From contig NC_043003.1 of assembly GCF_006345805.1 (NCBI RefSeq), positions 27,032,001 to 27,096,000 of the forward strand: DNA of 64,000 nucleotides, given 5' to 3'. How positions within the stretch are numbered: position 1 is the stretch's first letter; every line of letters begins with the position of its first letter. Of this stretch, positions 26,806-39,271 are shown in pieces. Both the position numbers and the translations under genes were made by a program. The notes beneath the pieces were generated by a model. It made no database searches, was not told the origin of the DNA, and saw nothing but the letters and a program-made list of their open reading frames with translations. The DNA is from Octopus sinensis. Lineage: Eukaryota.

Positions 26806-26939
26806 GAGAGGGATGGGTTCCACCAGGCTTTCTCGCCCAAGATACACTGGATGACTGCTTAGCCCCAACAAACCCCAAGGGGTTAAGGGACCTGTCAATT
26901 GTCAAAAGGTACTTATAAGACAGTTGGTGGTGTTAAACC

Positions 26940-27480
26940 TCCTGGACATTACATCCAACAATGCAGATGATACTTCCTTTTCTCCTCTAATTTCCTCTAA
27001 ACAAGAGTCATCTGCATACAACTTAAGACACCCACATTGACACCATGAACAGACCCTGAGAGCATCCTCCAATGGAGACATGCCAACCTTGTCTTACTAG
27101 GAAAAAAAATAAACTATTTAAAACATTATTACACAACAATACTCTTACATATGAGAAGTATGCAACTAGAGCCTTCATGATTGCTCCAAATTTGAAACCT
27201 TACTACCATCAAAGATCTCTCACAATGAAATAACATCCATCCTTTTAACACAGCATGGGCCACATCACACAGACTGGCTCTTTACTTCAGGACCAGAAGA
27301 TTCCCAGCTCCAAACAAGTGTAGGTATGCTACAAGGCTCAGGTGAGGCCCACAATGGAGTACTGTTCACACATCTGGGATAGTGCTATGATATACACACA
27401 AACATCTTAGTCTATACCAAGAGAAAAGCTACTCATCTGACATAAAAATCACTCAGACATTCTCCAGTTTGAGCTCACAG
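26940..27480 (+). pseudogene. CR1-like LINE RT/C-terminal fragment
   Basis: An ADDT remnant and CYKAQVRPTMEYCSHIWD. Confidence 0.7.
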
Positions 27481-28599
27481 GTGTGCTGCCTCCTCTACCT
27501 TTTATTTTTACTATTATTTTAGCATTAGAAAGGGTATCCAGCTGTAAAAAACAATGCCAAAAAAGACAGGGGAACATGGAGTAGTCCTCTGGTTTACCAG
27601 CTCCTTCCAAACCATCCAACCCATGCCAGCATGGAAGACAGATGTCAAATGATGATGATGGTTTCTACTCTTTGGAGCTGGCTGGTTTCATACCACTTCC
27701 AGCCAGATACTCCTAACACACTTATCTCTCCTCTCCACATCTTTCATATTGTATCCAAATGACCACCCAAGACCCCACAATAACCACTATGCCCACATAG
27801 TCCTCCAAAAGCATCAGCCCTCTGGAACCACCCTCTCTGCTTGCTCATATTTTTCTCCTATAGGTATTCAACATGCAACAGTTTAAATGGAACATCAATG
27901 GTATCAATCTTTTTTATCAATCTCTGAGAGCCTATGAAGGTCATGGGTACTGCCCTTTCCTTCACACACAACCAAGTAATATATTAAAAAAAAGTCTCCC
28001 CAAAACATAAAATTTATAAATAAGGTCTTTACATAACTCAATGAAATTTTGAAGTTCATTCATTCTCAGAACTACTTTCCATGCTGTATGGATCTTTCTA
28101 CACAGCTTTGAAAGCATAGAGCCAGCAGACAAATTGGTAAAAGGCACCCAGTGCACTCTGTAAAGTGGTTGGCATAAGGAAACCATGCCAAAGCAAACTG
28201 TAGAGCTTGGTTCAGTCTCCTGACTTGCCAGTTCCTATTAAACTGTTCTACCTATACCAGCATGGAAAATGGACATTTGATGATGATGAAAGAGTCAGTG
28301 TGGGAGCTTCTAGGTCATTATCTAATCTACAAGAAATAACAGCCAAATCTCACTAAACTCAAACCACTGCAGTCTTACATACTGTAGTCCTAGATACATG
28401 GCTTGAACAAAGAAAAAAAAATGAAAGGAAAAAAAAGACAATGATCATAGCTGCAACAGTCGATTTTTAATCATAGGTTGACTTGACCTAGTGTTAAACA
28501 CCTGATGAACTAGGCCTACAAGAGAGTTTATGTTGATGTTCAACATACTAGAAATAGCAGCTAAATGTCCTCAAATCAGACCCTAACACTTTAAAAGTG

Positions 28600-28748
28600 T
28601 GGCTGTATGGTAAAAAGCTTGCTTCCCAACCACATGGTTCCAGGTTCAGTCCCATTGCCTAGCACCATGGGCACATGTCTTATATTATAGCCTTGGGCAG
28701 ACAAAAGCCTTGTGAGTGGATATGGCAGACAGAAACTGAAAGAAGTCC

Positions 28749-28781
<33 letters not shown>

Positions 28782-29025
28782 TGTGCATGTATATATATAT
28801 ATATATATATATATCTATGTGTGTGTGTGTCTGTCCCATACCACCAGTTGACAACCAGTGTTGGTGTGTTTGCATCCCTATAACTTAGCAGATCAGCAAA
28901 AAAGACCAATAGAAGAACCAGGCATAAAAAATAAGTACTGGAGTCGATTCCATTTGACTAAAATTTCAAGGTGGTGCCCCAGTATGGCCTCAGTATAATG
29001 ACTGAGACAAGTAAAAGATAAAAGC
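28600..29025 (+). mobile_element. SINE family A, full copy
   Basis: Head, compound TG/TA repeat and tail. Confidence 0.8.
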
Positions 29026-30034
29026 GTACGTTGGCCATTGTACTCCTTATATATATATTAATGAAGTAGTCGACAGTGGTGCAGCTTTAACCACAGATCG
29101 GTATAATCACCACCTGCCTAGGGTTAAACAAACATACCATAACATACATCAATACACACACAACCACTGCTATCACCACATACCAGTACCACCATCACTA
29201 GACTACAAGCACCACAGATCCACACACAATCAATACTATCACACACATACACAGTAATACCACAATCACCCAAACACATATCACTATCACCACAACATGC
29301 ACACACTTGTCACAACTACTAACCACCAATCACAACTACCACCACCATCACCACATACAAACCAACAAAGAAGCCTCTACATGGTCATCCCAACTGCTAG
29401 CAACAGAAGTCAAATCTTACCACCTAGAAAAAGGAGGGATACATTGGATAACGTAATCTCAAGTATGAAATCCCTAAAATGAGAACAGAGCTTTCATAAC
29501 TGAAACTCCTTTGATCACAGGCCTATCACATCTTGGCTGACCTAGGGTTATATCACCTCCTTTTTCCATAAGTGAGTATATAAGAATAGAATTATTAATA
29601 TATGTTGTTAGTCAGTCTGCAGTTATCACAAGACAATTATTGTCAATATATGTAGTATCAATGTTGTTAATGCTGCAGTTATCTGTCTCCGACTTTTGTA
29701 CTGCACTGCATAAAACTCTGCAGTCATTACTAATAGGATGATGACTCATGCCTGCTGAGAGTGGTTGCGTCCATTTGGTAGACAGCAGGAGAACGAAAGC
29801 CATGTGCTAAAAGAGAGTATGTTAAAGTGAGAGGGACAAAATATATATAGGGGTGGATGTACATTGCAAAAAAAAAAAAAAAAAAAAAAAAGTGTTGGAA
29901 AACAGAATATGGAGGTGGTGGTGGTGGTGGAAGTAGAATAATGAGAAAAATGTGGTGGAAGAAGAGAATGGGCAAAACGGGGTGGAAAAATGAACAGATG
30001 TTAGGTGGGAAAAAAAATGTGCTACTACATTACT

Positions 30035-30437
30035 CTTTACTCTTTTACTTGTTTCAGTCATTTGACTCCGGCCATGCTGGAGCACCGCCTTTAGTCGAGC
30101 AAATCGACCCCGAGACTTATTCTTTGTAAGCCCAGTACTTATTCTATCGGTCTCTTTTGCCGAACCGCTAAGTAACGGGGACATAAACACACCAGCATCG
30201 GTTGTCAAGCAATGCTAGGGGGACAAACACAGACACACAAACACATACATATATATATATACATATATACGACAGGCTTCTTTCAGTTTCCGTCTACCAA
30301 ATCCACTCACAAGGCATTGGTCGGCCCGGGGCTATAGCAGAAGACACTTGCCCAAGATGCCACGCAATGGGACTGAACCTGGAACCATGTGGTTGGTTAG
30401 CAAGCTACTTACCTACCACACAGCCATTTCTGCGCCT
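30035..30437 (-). mobile_element. SINE family A, young full copy, minus strand
   Basis: Retains many CpGs, with head and tail intact. Confidence 0.85.
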
Positions 30438-31905
30438 ATATATTAGGAGAAAATAGATTTTAAAATGGGGTGGAAAATAGATTTTTCTGCAAATAGGATT
30501 CGAAAAAGAGACAATGTTCAGCAGAAAAACAAATGTGCTACTATACTGGGAGAAAATAGATTGTGTGCCAATAAGGGTGGGGAATGTATTTTGCATAAAA
30601 GGGATTGGAAAAACAAATATGTGAAGTGGGATGGAAAAATGGATTGCGTCCATTGCGTGAGTGTAGTGGGTGCTTTTTACATGCCACCGGCACAGGTGCC
30701 AGACGAGGCTGGCAATGGCCACGATCGGTTGGTGCTTTTTACGTGTCACCGGCACAGGGATCACAACTACAATTTACATTGGTTTTTGATGCTGATGTAC
30801 TTGACTAGTTTTCAAAATTAATCGAAACAAGGAGAATATATTCCATCAGAAATATAGTAATAAAAGGGATAATTAAAATAAAAGGATTTAGTCAACTTAT
30901 TGTAACAGACACAAGCATTGATTTTTTTTTTATTTTCCAGTAATAAGCACCAGTGCAGCTGTGTGGTTAAGAAGTTAGTTTCACACCCAAATGGTTTAGG
31001 GGTTCAGTCTCACTGCACAATACATTTAGCAAATGCCTAGTATAGTCGCAAGCAAAACAAGGCCTTGTGAGTGAATTTAGTAGAGAGAAACTGAAAAGAA
31101 GCCTTCTGGGGATGGTGGGGGTCAATGTGTGTGTGTGTGTATATCTATAATAAAAGCAAAATTCTGTGCCCATCTGGGATCCCAGTATCTCAGCCTACAT
31201 TTGCTCTTCATAGACATATACCGTTTTGGAATCAGGATGATCCCTGGATTGAAAATCTACCCTTCATCTGGTTCTTGAACCTCCAGGATTTGGACTGCAT
31301 TTAAAAGTATTTGGTTGCTATTTCATGTTGGTGGCATTTGTTAGATGACATCAGATCAAGGGGGAGATAAATGACATTCACTTCATTACTTTAACATTGA
31401 GATAAGAACTTTGGGACAAGTTGGCAAACAGCTGGAATTCAAATTGGGACAATAGAATAATTGCATTACAGAATTCTCATCCGTCCTTAACCTATGATGA
31501 AACACCACCATGGCTTATAGTCATTACAGATGTGTTACTGTCATGCTATTCAGCACTCTTTAGTTTTAGGCTGCAGGTCCAATTAGCCTTCCACAGGAGC
31601 TAGGTTAAAAGTTCACAAAGAGTGCAGCTTTTAAGCTAATGTGTGTATGTATATATGATTTAAAACAAAAAATACAGACAGGTGAGGGAATAACAAACAG
31701 GGTGTATTAGTTTGACATGCAAGAAAAAAGACTTTGATATTTTGAGCCTATGCTCTTCTACAGAAAGAAATGAGGAAAGAAAACAGAGAGAGAGGGGAAA
31801 ATGGAGAGAAAAAACATGCCTGGATTAACAGTCTCCAGATGCTAGTGTGTGTGTATATGTAAGAAATTAAAAAAGGAAAACACACACACTTTATATAGTT
31901 TTAAT

Positions 31906-31940
31906 ATATCGACCGGTTTCGCTTTTACTATTCATGATAT
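31906..31940 (-). ncRNA. Second copy of the A3-U8 minimal hammerhead motif, sense to the UCH-L pre-mRNA (intron 2)
   Basis: The minus strand reads ATATC ATGAATA GT AAAA GC GAAA CCGG T C GATAT. It differs from the 32433 copy only at one CpG in stem II/loop. Confidence 0.7.
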
Positions 31941-32432
31941 TATGGTTTACTTATGTATTTTGTTAACAAATTTTTGTCCATGTGTGTGATAATATTTACG
32001 AGTGAATGACTTCACAAGTAGAAAAATAAGGGAAGGTAATTGATTATCGTTATTGTTGTGGGCCAGGGAGATAACTGTTCACCTTTCGGTAATGAGAGGG
32101 GAATATATGTGTACACACAAAAAAAAAAGGTTTCAGAAAACATGTTTAGTGAGGGGATTTATGTACTGTGATGTAATTGTGAATTGAAATATGTAAAAAG
32201 ATAAAAGTTTGTTATGTGTGCATAAGACGTGTTATGTATTTTTCAATGAAAAAAGTTGCTTTATTTAAACGTTCTTGTGAAGAGATTGTGTCTTTGCTTG
32301 GGTAGAAGGGGAAGACTGAAATTTGGTTTGATGTTATCTGAACATTTTTGTATATGTTCAGTGAACGTATCACACACAACATGGACAAAAATTTCTTCTT
32401 AAGAAAATACATATTCAAATAAGTAAACCATA

Positions 32433-32467
32433 ATATCATGAATAGCGAAAGCGAAACCGGTCGATAT
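32433..32467 (+). ncRNA. Minimal type I hammerhead ribozyme motif, Penelope-type, A3-U8 core variant
   Basis: ATATC ATGAATA GC GAAA GC GAAA CCGG T C GATAT: 5-bp stem I, core NUGANNA with an A3-U8 pair, stem II capped by a GAAA tetraloop, GAAA, palindromic stem III (ACCGGT) and a GUC cleavage triplet. Confidence 0.75.
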
Positions 32468-32642
32468 ATTAAAAATTATATTAAAACTATGTAAAGTGTG
32501 TGTATTTTCATATTTTAATTTCTTATATATATTACAACTTATCACATGGGGATAATCAAAATTCTTTTTCTGTTACTACAATATATATACATATATATAT
32601 ATAGTTACTACTATATATATATATATACATACATATATACAT

Positions 32643-33525
32643 GTGCAAACAGCCATGCTACATGGCAGTGAAACATGGGCCGTGACTGCTGAGGTTATGC
32701 ATAAGCTCGCAAGAAATGAAGCCAGTATGTTCCATTGGATGTGTAATGTCAATGTTCATACCCGACAGAGTGTAAGTGCCTTAAGAGAAAAGTTGGACCT
32801 AAGAAGCATCAGATGTGGTGTGCAAGAGAGGCGTTTACGCTGGTATGGATGAAGATAGTTGTGTGAAAAAGTGCCACACCCTAGCAGTTGAGGGAACCTG
32901 TGGAAGAGGTAAACCCAGGAAAACCTGGGACAAGGTGGTGAAGAACGACCTTCGCTCTTTAGGTCTCACCAAGGAAATGTCCAGAGACCGAGACCTTTGG
33001 AAGTATGCTGTGCACAAGAAGACCCGGCAGGACAAGTGAGGCCATAACCCATGGCCCCTACCTGGGACGTAGTCAGTCCACCTGTGCATACCTTCCTTCT
33101 TGAGAAACATAACTCTACTTGTGAAGACTTGTTGAGGCAAGTGAAAATCAAAAATCAAAGAATCAAATCAAAATCGATCAACATCAATGGAATTTCTAGT
33201 TTTGTGGTACCAGTGCCGGTGGCACATAAGAAAACCATCCGAACGTGGCCGTAGCCAGTACCGCATCGACTGGCCTCCGTGCTGGTGGCATGTAAAAATC
33301 ACCATCCGAGCGTGGCCGTTTGCCAGCCTCGTCTGGCACCTGTGTCGGTGGCACATAAAAAGCACCCACTACACTCACGGAGTGGTTGGCGTTAGGAAGG
33401 GCATCCAGCTGTAGAAACACTGCCAGATCTGACTGGCCTGGTGCAGCCTTCGGGCTTCCCAGACCCCAGTTGAACTGTCCAACCCATGCTAGCATGGAAA
33501 GCGGATGTTAAACGATGATGATGAT
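32643..33525 (+). mobile_element. 5'-truncated RTE-clade LINE (ORF C-terminus + 3' UTR ending (GAT)n)
   Basis: It encodes TAMLHGSETW...ERRLRWYG...GRGKPRKTW...DRDLW. The 3' UTR carries tandem gtgccggtggcacrtaaaaa units. Confidence 0.9.
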
Positions 33526-34893
33526 ACATACACACACACTTTTATTAACGCAAAAAAAACTTTGCAGTTTTAATAAAGTAGCATTTTGCTCTCCATTTTT
33601 GGTATTCGAGTGCTAACTTTTCCTTCTTGTTTTTGGAACTATATGCGTGCGTGTATGTGTGTGTCCTTGTCTGAACATTGTGCACTGATTGCAAACAAAG
33701 TCATCATCCACATAAAAAATTGATGTCATTTCTTTGCAATCTTTGGTGAAAACATATCCATCCATTGTATTACGTTCAGAGGGCAAGAGGAAACCTATCT
33801 TGTTTGTAAATAAGCAAGGGTTAACAGACAAAGCTACGCATTTGAGACAGAGAAAGCAGAGTTGTTTAAATAGATCAATGTCCTTGACTGATGTTTACCT
33901 TATCAACCAGAGAAGGATGAAAGGCAAACCTGACCTCAATGTGATTCTGCTTACCCAATACCAATATGATGATTGAAAAGTCCTTCTCCTCCTCCATCAT
34001 CACTACTTCTGCAAATTAACTCAAACTTGGGGCAGCAAATTAGATAGGTGGTTCAAAAATTACAAGCCCTGGTCCATACCAACCCCTACTCTACTCAGAA
34101 CATACTAAATTACAGATGTGTGAACATGTGTGTGTGTAAATACACACACGTTCACAAACACAAATACATACACACATACATATACACAAACATGCACACA
34201 CACATACATACATAAATAATCAGTTGATTGATTGGTCAGCAACAGTTGAATCTAGATGAATTAGAAATGATACTGACACACCCGCTGACATCCATGCAAA
34301 CAACCATATCAACAAGTATATACACACACACACACACATACAAGCCACTACATTAACTGGCACACACACAAAGATACCAACATGTACATACACATACAAA
34401 CCACCATGTCAAACATGCACACATTCTGGAAGAAACTAATGAGAAAAATATCCAACAGTACAATTTCCGATGAGAAGAGGAAATAAAGACAGAAACCATG
34501 ACTACCACCATTATCACCTAACGACCATCATCACAGCCATCAACATCATCGTCATCCCCACAGACAACTTAATGTACCATTTCCTATTGCAGCAATCTGT
34601 GAGTCAGAGTTTCTTCTCCCTTACCAGTCCCACCAGTTTTTAAGAGGATCTTGTAAAAGGTCACAAGTGCACGTCTATGTTATTAAAAAAAAAAAAAAAC
34701 CTGCTAGGGTTGGGGCAGAGTAAATATTGCTTTCACCTTTCCCAGGTATCAATGATAATAAAGTGCTTGTAACATATCAAGATTGATTTAGTTGATGCTT
34801 ATTCTGTCTCTTACATCTGTAGCCTTGCATCTATATAAGAAATTATGATTAAGGCAGCGAGCCAGCAGAATCATTAGTGCTGGGAAGAATGCT

Positions 34894-34924
<31 letters not shown>

Positions 34925-35126
34925 AGGGAGGAGGGAGGGAGAGAGAGAGAGAGAGAGGTTATTCATTTCCAATATACTGCAAGAACATGTCTGGCCAATG
35001 GAAAATATTATATTGTTTGGAAACAGGTGAGAGTTGGTAACAGAAAGGGTATCTGACTAGAAAATCTACATCAATTAACTCCATTCAATCCATAATAGCA
35101 TGGATTGAATGGACATTAAAATGAAA

Positions 35127-35209
<83 letters not shown>

Positions 35210-35400
35210 GTGCATGCTCACTCACACACATACACACACTCTCTCTGAATAAGACCAGATCAGATAATAATATGATCTCGATGGCAGCAAGCTGGCTGTA
35301 ATACATTTTAGTCTTAGCAGATTCATAAATGTACAGGGTGCATTCTAGAAGTTTTCAGGCTTTTCCAGGAGAACATTTATTTATTTCAAAGTAGTACAAA

Positions 35401-35967
35401 AGAAAAATTTAGAGGCATTTTCGATTGTTCTTCCACTCCCGACTCACCCTGCTGCATAGGTAGACATTAAATGAGGATCCTGATGACCTTTGTAATATAT
35501 TAACCATTGATCTGGTGACATCATCATCTTCACTTAGCATCCACATTTCTGTTTACACAAGTCAGATGGAGTTTGTCGAAGCAGGTTTTCTAAACTGTTG
35601 CCAACTGTTTCCCAGCAAGGTAATTAATACTTTTATGGCTGAGGTGACGAGCTGGCAGAAATGTTAGCACGCCGGGTGAAATGCTTAGTGATATTTCGTC
35701 TGTATTTACGTTCTGAGTTTAAATTCCGCCTCAGGCATAAAAGTATTAATTACCTTGCTGGGAAACAGGTGGCAACAGTTTAGAAAACCTGCTTCAACAA
35801 ACTCCATCTGATTCGTGCAAACACAGAAATGTGGACGCTAAATGAAGATGATGATGTCACCAGATCAATATTACAAAGGTCATCAGGATCATCATTTAAT
35901 GTCTACCTCTGCAGCAGGGTGAGTCGGGGGTGGAAGAACAATTGAAAATGCCTCTAAATTTTTTTCT
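35401..35967. repeat. Inverted duplication: about 240 bp arms around an 84-bp SINE-head loop
   Basis: 35401-35644 is the reverse complement of 35729-35967 with scattered mismatches. Confidence 0.9.
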
Positions 35968-36566
35968 TTTCATAAATTTTAATCAACATAATTTTATAAT
36001 GAATACTCTCAGAAAAGAAATCCTGTAAAAGTTCATTTTAAAAAGGTGCATGGTGCTTCTTAAAAAGAGTTATAAGGAACTATATAACAAGGGGGTGGGT
36101 GGGGAGAGAATGATCCAAAAGCTTTAATGACCATATATTTTTTATCTTGTTTCAGTCATTCCAAACCATGCTAATACCCCACGAAAGGGGATTTGAGAGG
36201 GGTTTTGGTCGAACAAATCGACCTTAGTACATATTTTTAAGCCTGGTACTCATTCTAACGATCTCTATTGCCGAATCGTTAAGTTACAGAAACATAAACA
36301 TACCAACACCGGCTGACAAATGGCGGTGGAGACAAAGATATATATATGGAGAGGGGGAGAGAGATCAGACACCAATCTGTAGTTAGACTTATTTACAGAC
36401 ATCACCAGACAATTCGTTAATATATTATGCCGTCAGACATATAGATGTCGATCAGATCGGTGATGCTAAGAGCTTAAAGTGAAGGAAAAATGAGAGTAGA
36501 GAAAAGAAAAAGCAGACAGAAAAACAAAAGGAACATACTGATATCAGAAAATTTAGACAAACTTAC

Positions 36567-36578
36567 CTTATTTAGAAC
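36567..36578 (-). CDS. UCHL3: UCH-L coding exon 2, 12-nt microexon (VLNK)
   Basis: The minus strand reads ttttattttttttcgcag GTT CTA AAT AAG gtaagt: long pyrimidine tract, AG acceptor, consensus donor, phase 0/0. It supplies the four residues expected between ESNPE and the next exon. Confidence 0.9.
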
Positions 36579-38534
36579 CTGCGAAAAAAATAAAATAAAA
36601 ATCTTAAATTAATTGTGTAAACATAGGTAAATGTATAAAAACAATATCATACGATAGGCCGCCTTATAGCTGGCAAATAAGAATTACATTAACAAACATA
36701 TTTTTCGTGTATTTTATTATTATTATTGATAGGAGACATTTAAGAATTTTTTAAAATCATTAATAAGTAAATAAAATCATTAATAAGTTTTAATCATTAA
36801 TAGAGTATCTATTAGTAACACAGTTAAGCCGTAATTAAAGGAACTACGTAATAACTACCGTAGACCCCCGTTACCTCCCTTCATAAAAACTTGAGGGAGT
36901 TAATAGTAGACAGAAATTACATAGAAAACTAATTCATACAAAACAGGGTTTCCCAACCCACGACGCCTCTGTACCCATAGAGTGCGATGTTGTAGCTCCG
37001 GTCGGTGCAACAAATGTATATACTTCATCAAATTTTTTTTTTAATTGTAACTTTTAGAACATAACTTTTGTATTGAGCGAACTCAGAACAAAATATTCAA
37101 CACTACATATGCAGTCCAATTTTTAAAAATTAATTAATAAAACGTTTACTTGTCATCTTGAAATGTGATGTTACATTGCAAAAATTAAATATTTCTAAGA
37201 GGTGTTGGACAGAAAAAGATTAGAATCATAGATATAAGACAGGTACAAATGGAATTAAACCATGTCCAGTTGAGAGTATAAACTAAAAACTAGGTTTGTT
37301 TTAAGGTTTAGTTAGAGAAAGGAGCGTTTCACCCTCGACCTTTTTAAGCGGTGAGACCCCTATAAATGTCTAGTTCTTGATACTGTATGGTGGCTTGTGT
37401 GCCTTAATGACCCTGAGAGCTATACCAGCGAATTGCAAGTTCCTAATAGGGTCCCTCATACTGGACAGGCGAAAGGACAGAGGCCAGACTAACAGAAATG
37501 AAAAAAAAAAAAAAAACGGTTTACGGAGGGCCAACACCCATACCTAGAAACAAAAGGCAAAGTTACAAAATCATTGATGACAATTCAAAACCAACAGGAC
37601 CTGGAAGAGGAAGGCTTTCCCAAAGAGAAATATAGGTGGGATACCGAGGAAGAACAGAAAAAAAAAAGACAGAAGACAGCGCAGAATCGAGAACAATGGA
37701 AAAAAGTCGTCGGTATCCTAGACGCCATAGGGAGCGAAGGGCTTGTTAAAGATTTGTGAGAAGAGGTTTTTATCCTCAGACCGAAGATCCGGACTAGATG
37801 CTTGCAAGAGAGTGAACTGTTAAAAGCAACCAACGGATTAAAGGAGAGACAGGTTATATCCACCACCAAGAACAAAAAACAGTCTCTCTGGTGGAATTTC
37901 AGTTTTAATCTACTGAACTTTACTCAGAGAACTTAGGTCGCGTCCTAAGTCAGAAATGATCTACTAGACCTATGATCAAAGGCTTTCTAGCGGTGACCAT
38001 CTCTTTTTCTTTTCAGGTATTGCTTATCTAAGACTACATTATCCAATATATTATTCCCACTTACATGACAATAGAGTATAACTTTAAAAAGGAGAAAATA
38101 AAAACGTTTTGGTTGCTGTCTTTCATAGCCGGGTGACCACAAAGGGGCAGCGTTATTGACAGTGTTTAACACGAGCTCAAGCAGATCTGTGACCAAAGAC
38201 GCTTTAGCCATAGTCATCTAGGCTTTCTTTCATAGGTAGTATCTCTGGAACTACCATTATTCAATATCATAACTTTAAAAAAAGACAGTGGGGTATAATT
38301 TAAAGGTAATTTGGCTGCTATTCCTACAGAACCAAAAAACCACTATAATTCTTGTATTTCAAATACAAAATAACTATTCACAATAAGATAGCATTGAGGA
38401 GATAGCTGCACAAACTGGTAACAGAGTACGAAACAATCGTAGGAGCCTCAAAGACCAATATTTAGTCATGGCACATACTATGTAGGGTTCAGTCCCACTA
38501 TGCCGCACCTTGATCGGGTATTTTCGATGGTCCT

Positions 38535-38999
38535 GGCCACAAAATCTTTTTCCCCACGAGAGTTCCAGACACCAATTATGAACTCATTTGTATACAACCA
38601 ATCAGAGCTCAACTATCAAACTAATTTTCGAGCGAATAAGTGATGGGCGATAAGTAAAGTCATTTGGGTAAAGAATGACCATGCTTCATTTCTTTTTTAA
38701 GAATGCCTCTTGTTCTTGTTTCAACCATGGCTGCCTCTGCGTAGTTATTTGTGTTGTTGTTTACTTTGTAAAGTACTAAGGGGAGAGGGTTGCGAGCACA
38801 TCACCCTCTACCCACATTTTCCCCATCCACATCTTTACCATAATCCGATAATAGGTATAAATGCAAATCTAATTGTCTCCTAAAATCAGGCCGTGTTTGT
38901 TAACTTGTCAACAAGGTTAAGGTGAGCTCTGATTGGCTGTATGCAAATAAGTTCATTACTGGGGTCTGAAACTCATGGGAAAAAAACACTTCGTGTCCC
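38535..38999. mobile_element. TIR element (about 85 bp imperfect TIRs) inserted in a family A SINE
   Basis: gagttccagacaccaattatgaactcatttgtatacaaccaatcagagctc pairs with gagctctgattggctgtatgcaaataagttcattactggggtctgaaactc, and SINE halves lie on both sides. Confidence 0.6.
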
Positions 39000-39042
39000 A
39001 GACCGACCAAAGCCTGTGAGAGGATATATATGCATACATAAG

Positions 39043-39262
39043 GTGGGGGGGGGCTGAAAAGTTCCTGGGTTTGGGTAAAAGAAAATACAGAAGGATCAGT
39101 TAATTATGATTTTATTCAACATATTCCACTCCCAAATTCACACACTTATTGCAGCAGTCCTTCAGTTATTCTAAGACCTGTAAAAGGACTCGGAAAGTTA
39201 GGCCTCCCAACCAAGCCTTTCATGAAACCCTTAAAGCCAGGGACTTTTTATCACCTCTTCGT
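39043..39262. mobile_element. mariner-type MITE
   Basis: Ends read ggggctgaaaagttcctgg and ccagggactttttatcacctcttcgt. Confidence 0.6.
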
Positions 39263-39271
39263 GTGTGCAAC

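Larger units (their letters stand above)
31860..32525. mobile_element. Inverted pair of Penelope-like terminal repeats (about 140-160 bp arms, about 360 bp spacer)
   Basis: About 31860-32000 is the reverse complement of about 32360-32525, and each arm carries the hammerhead motif. Confidence 0.65.
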
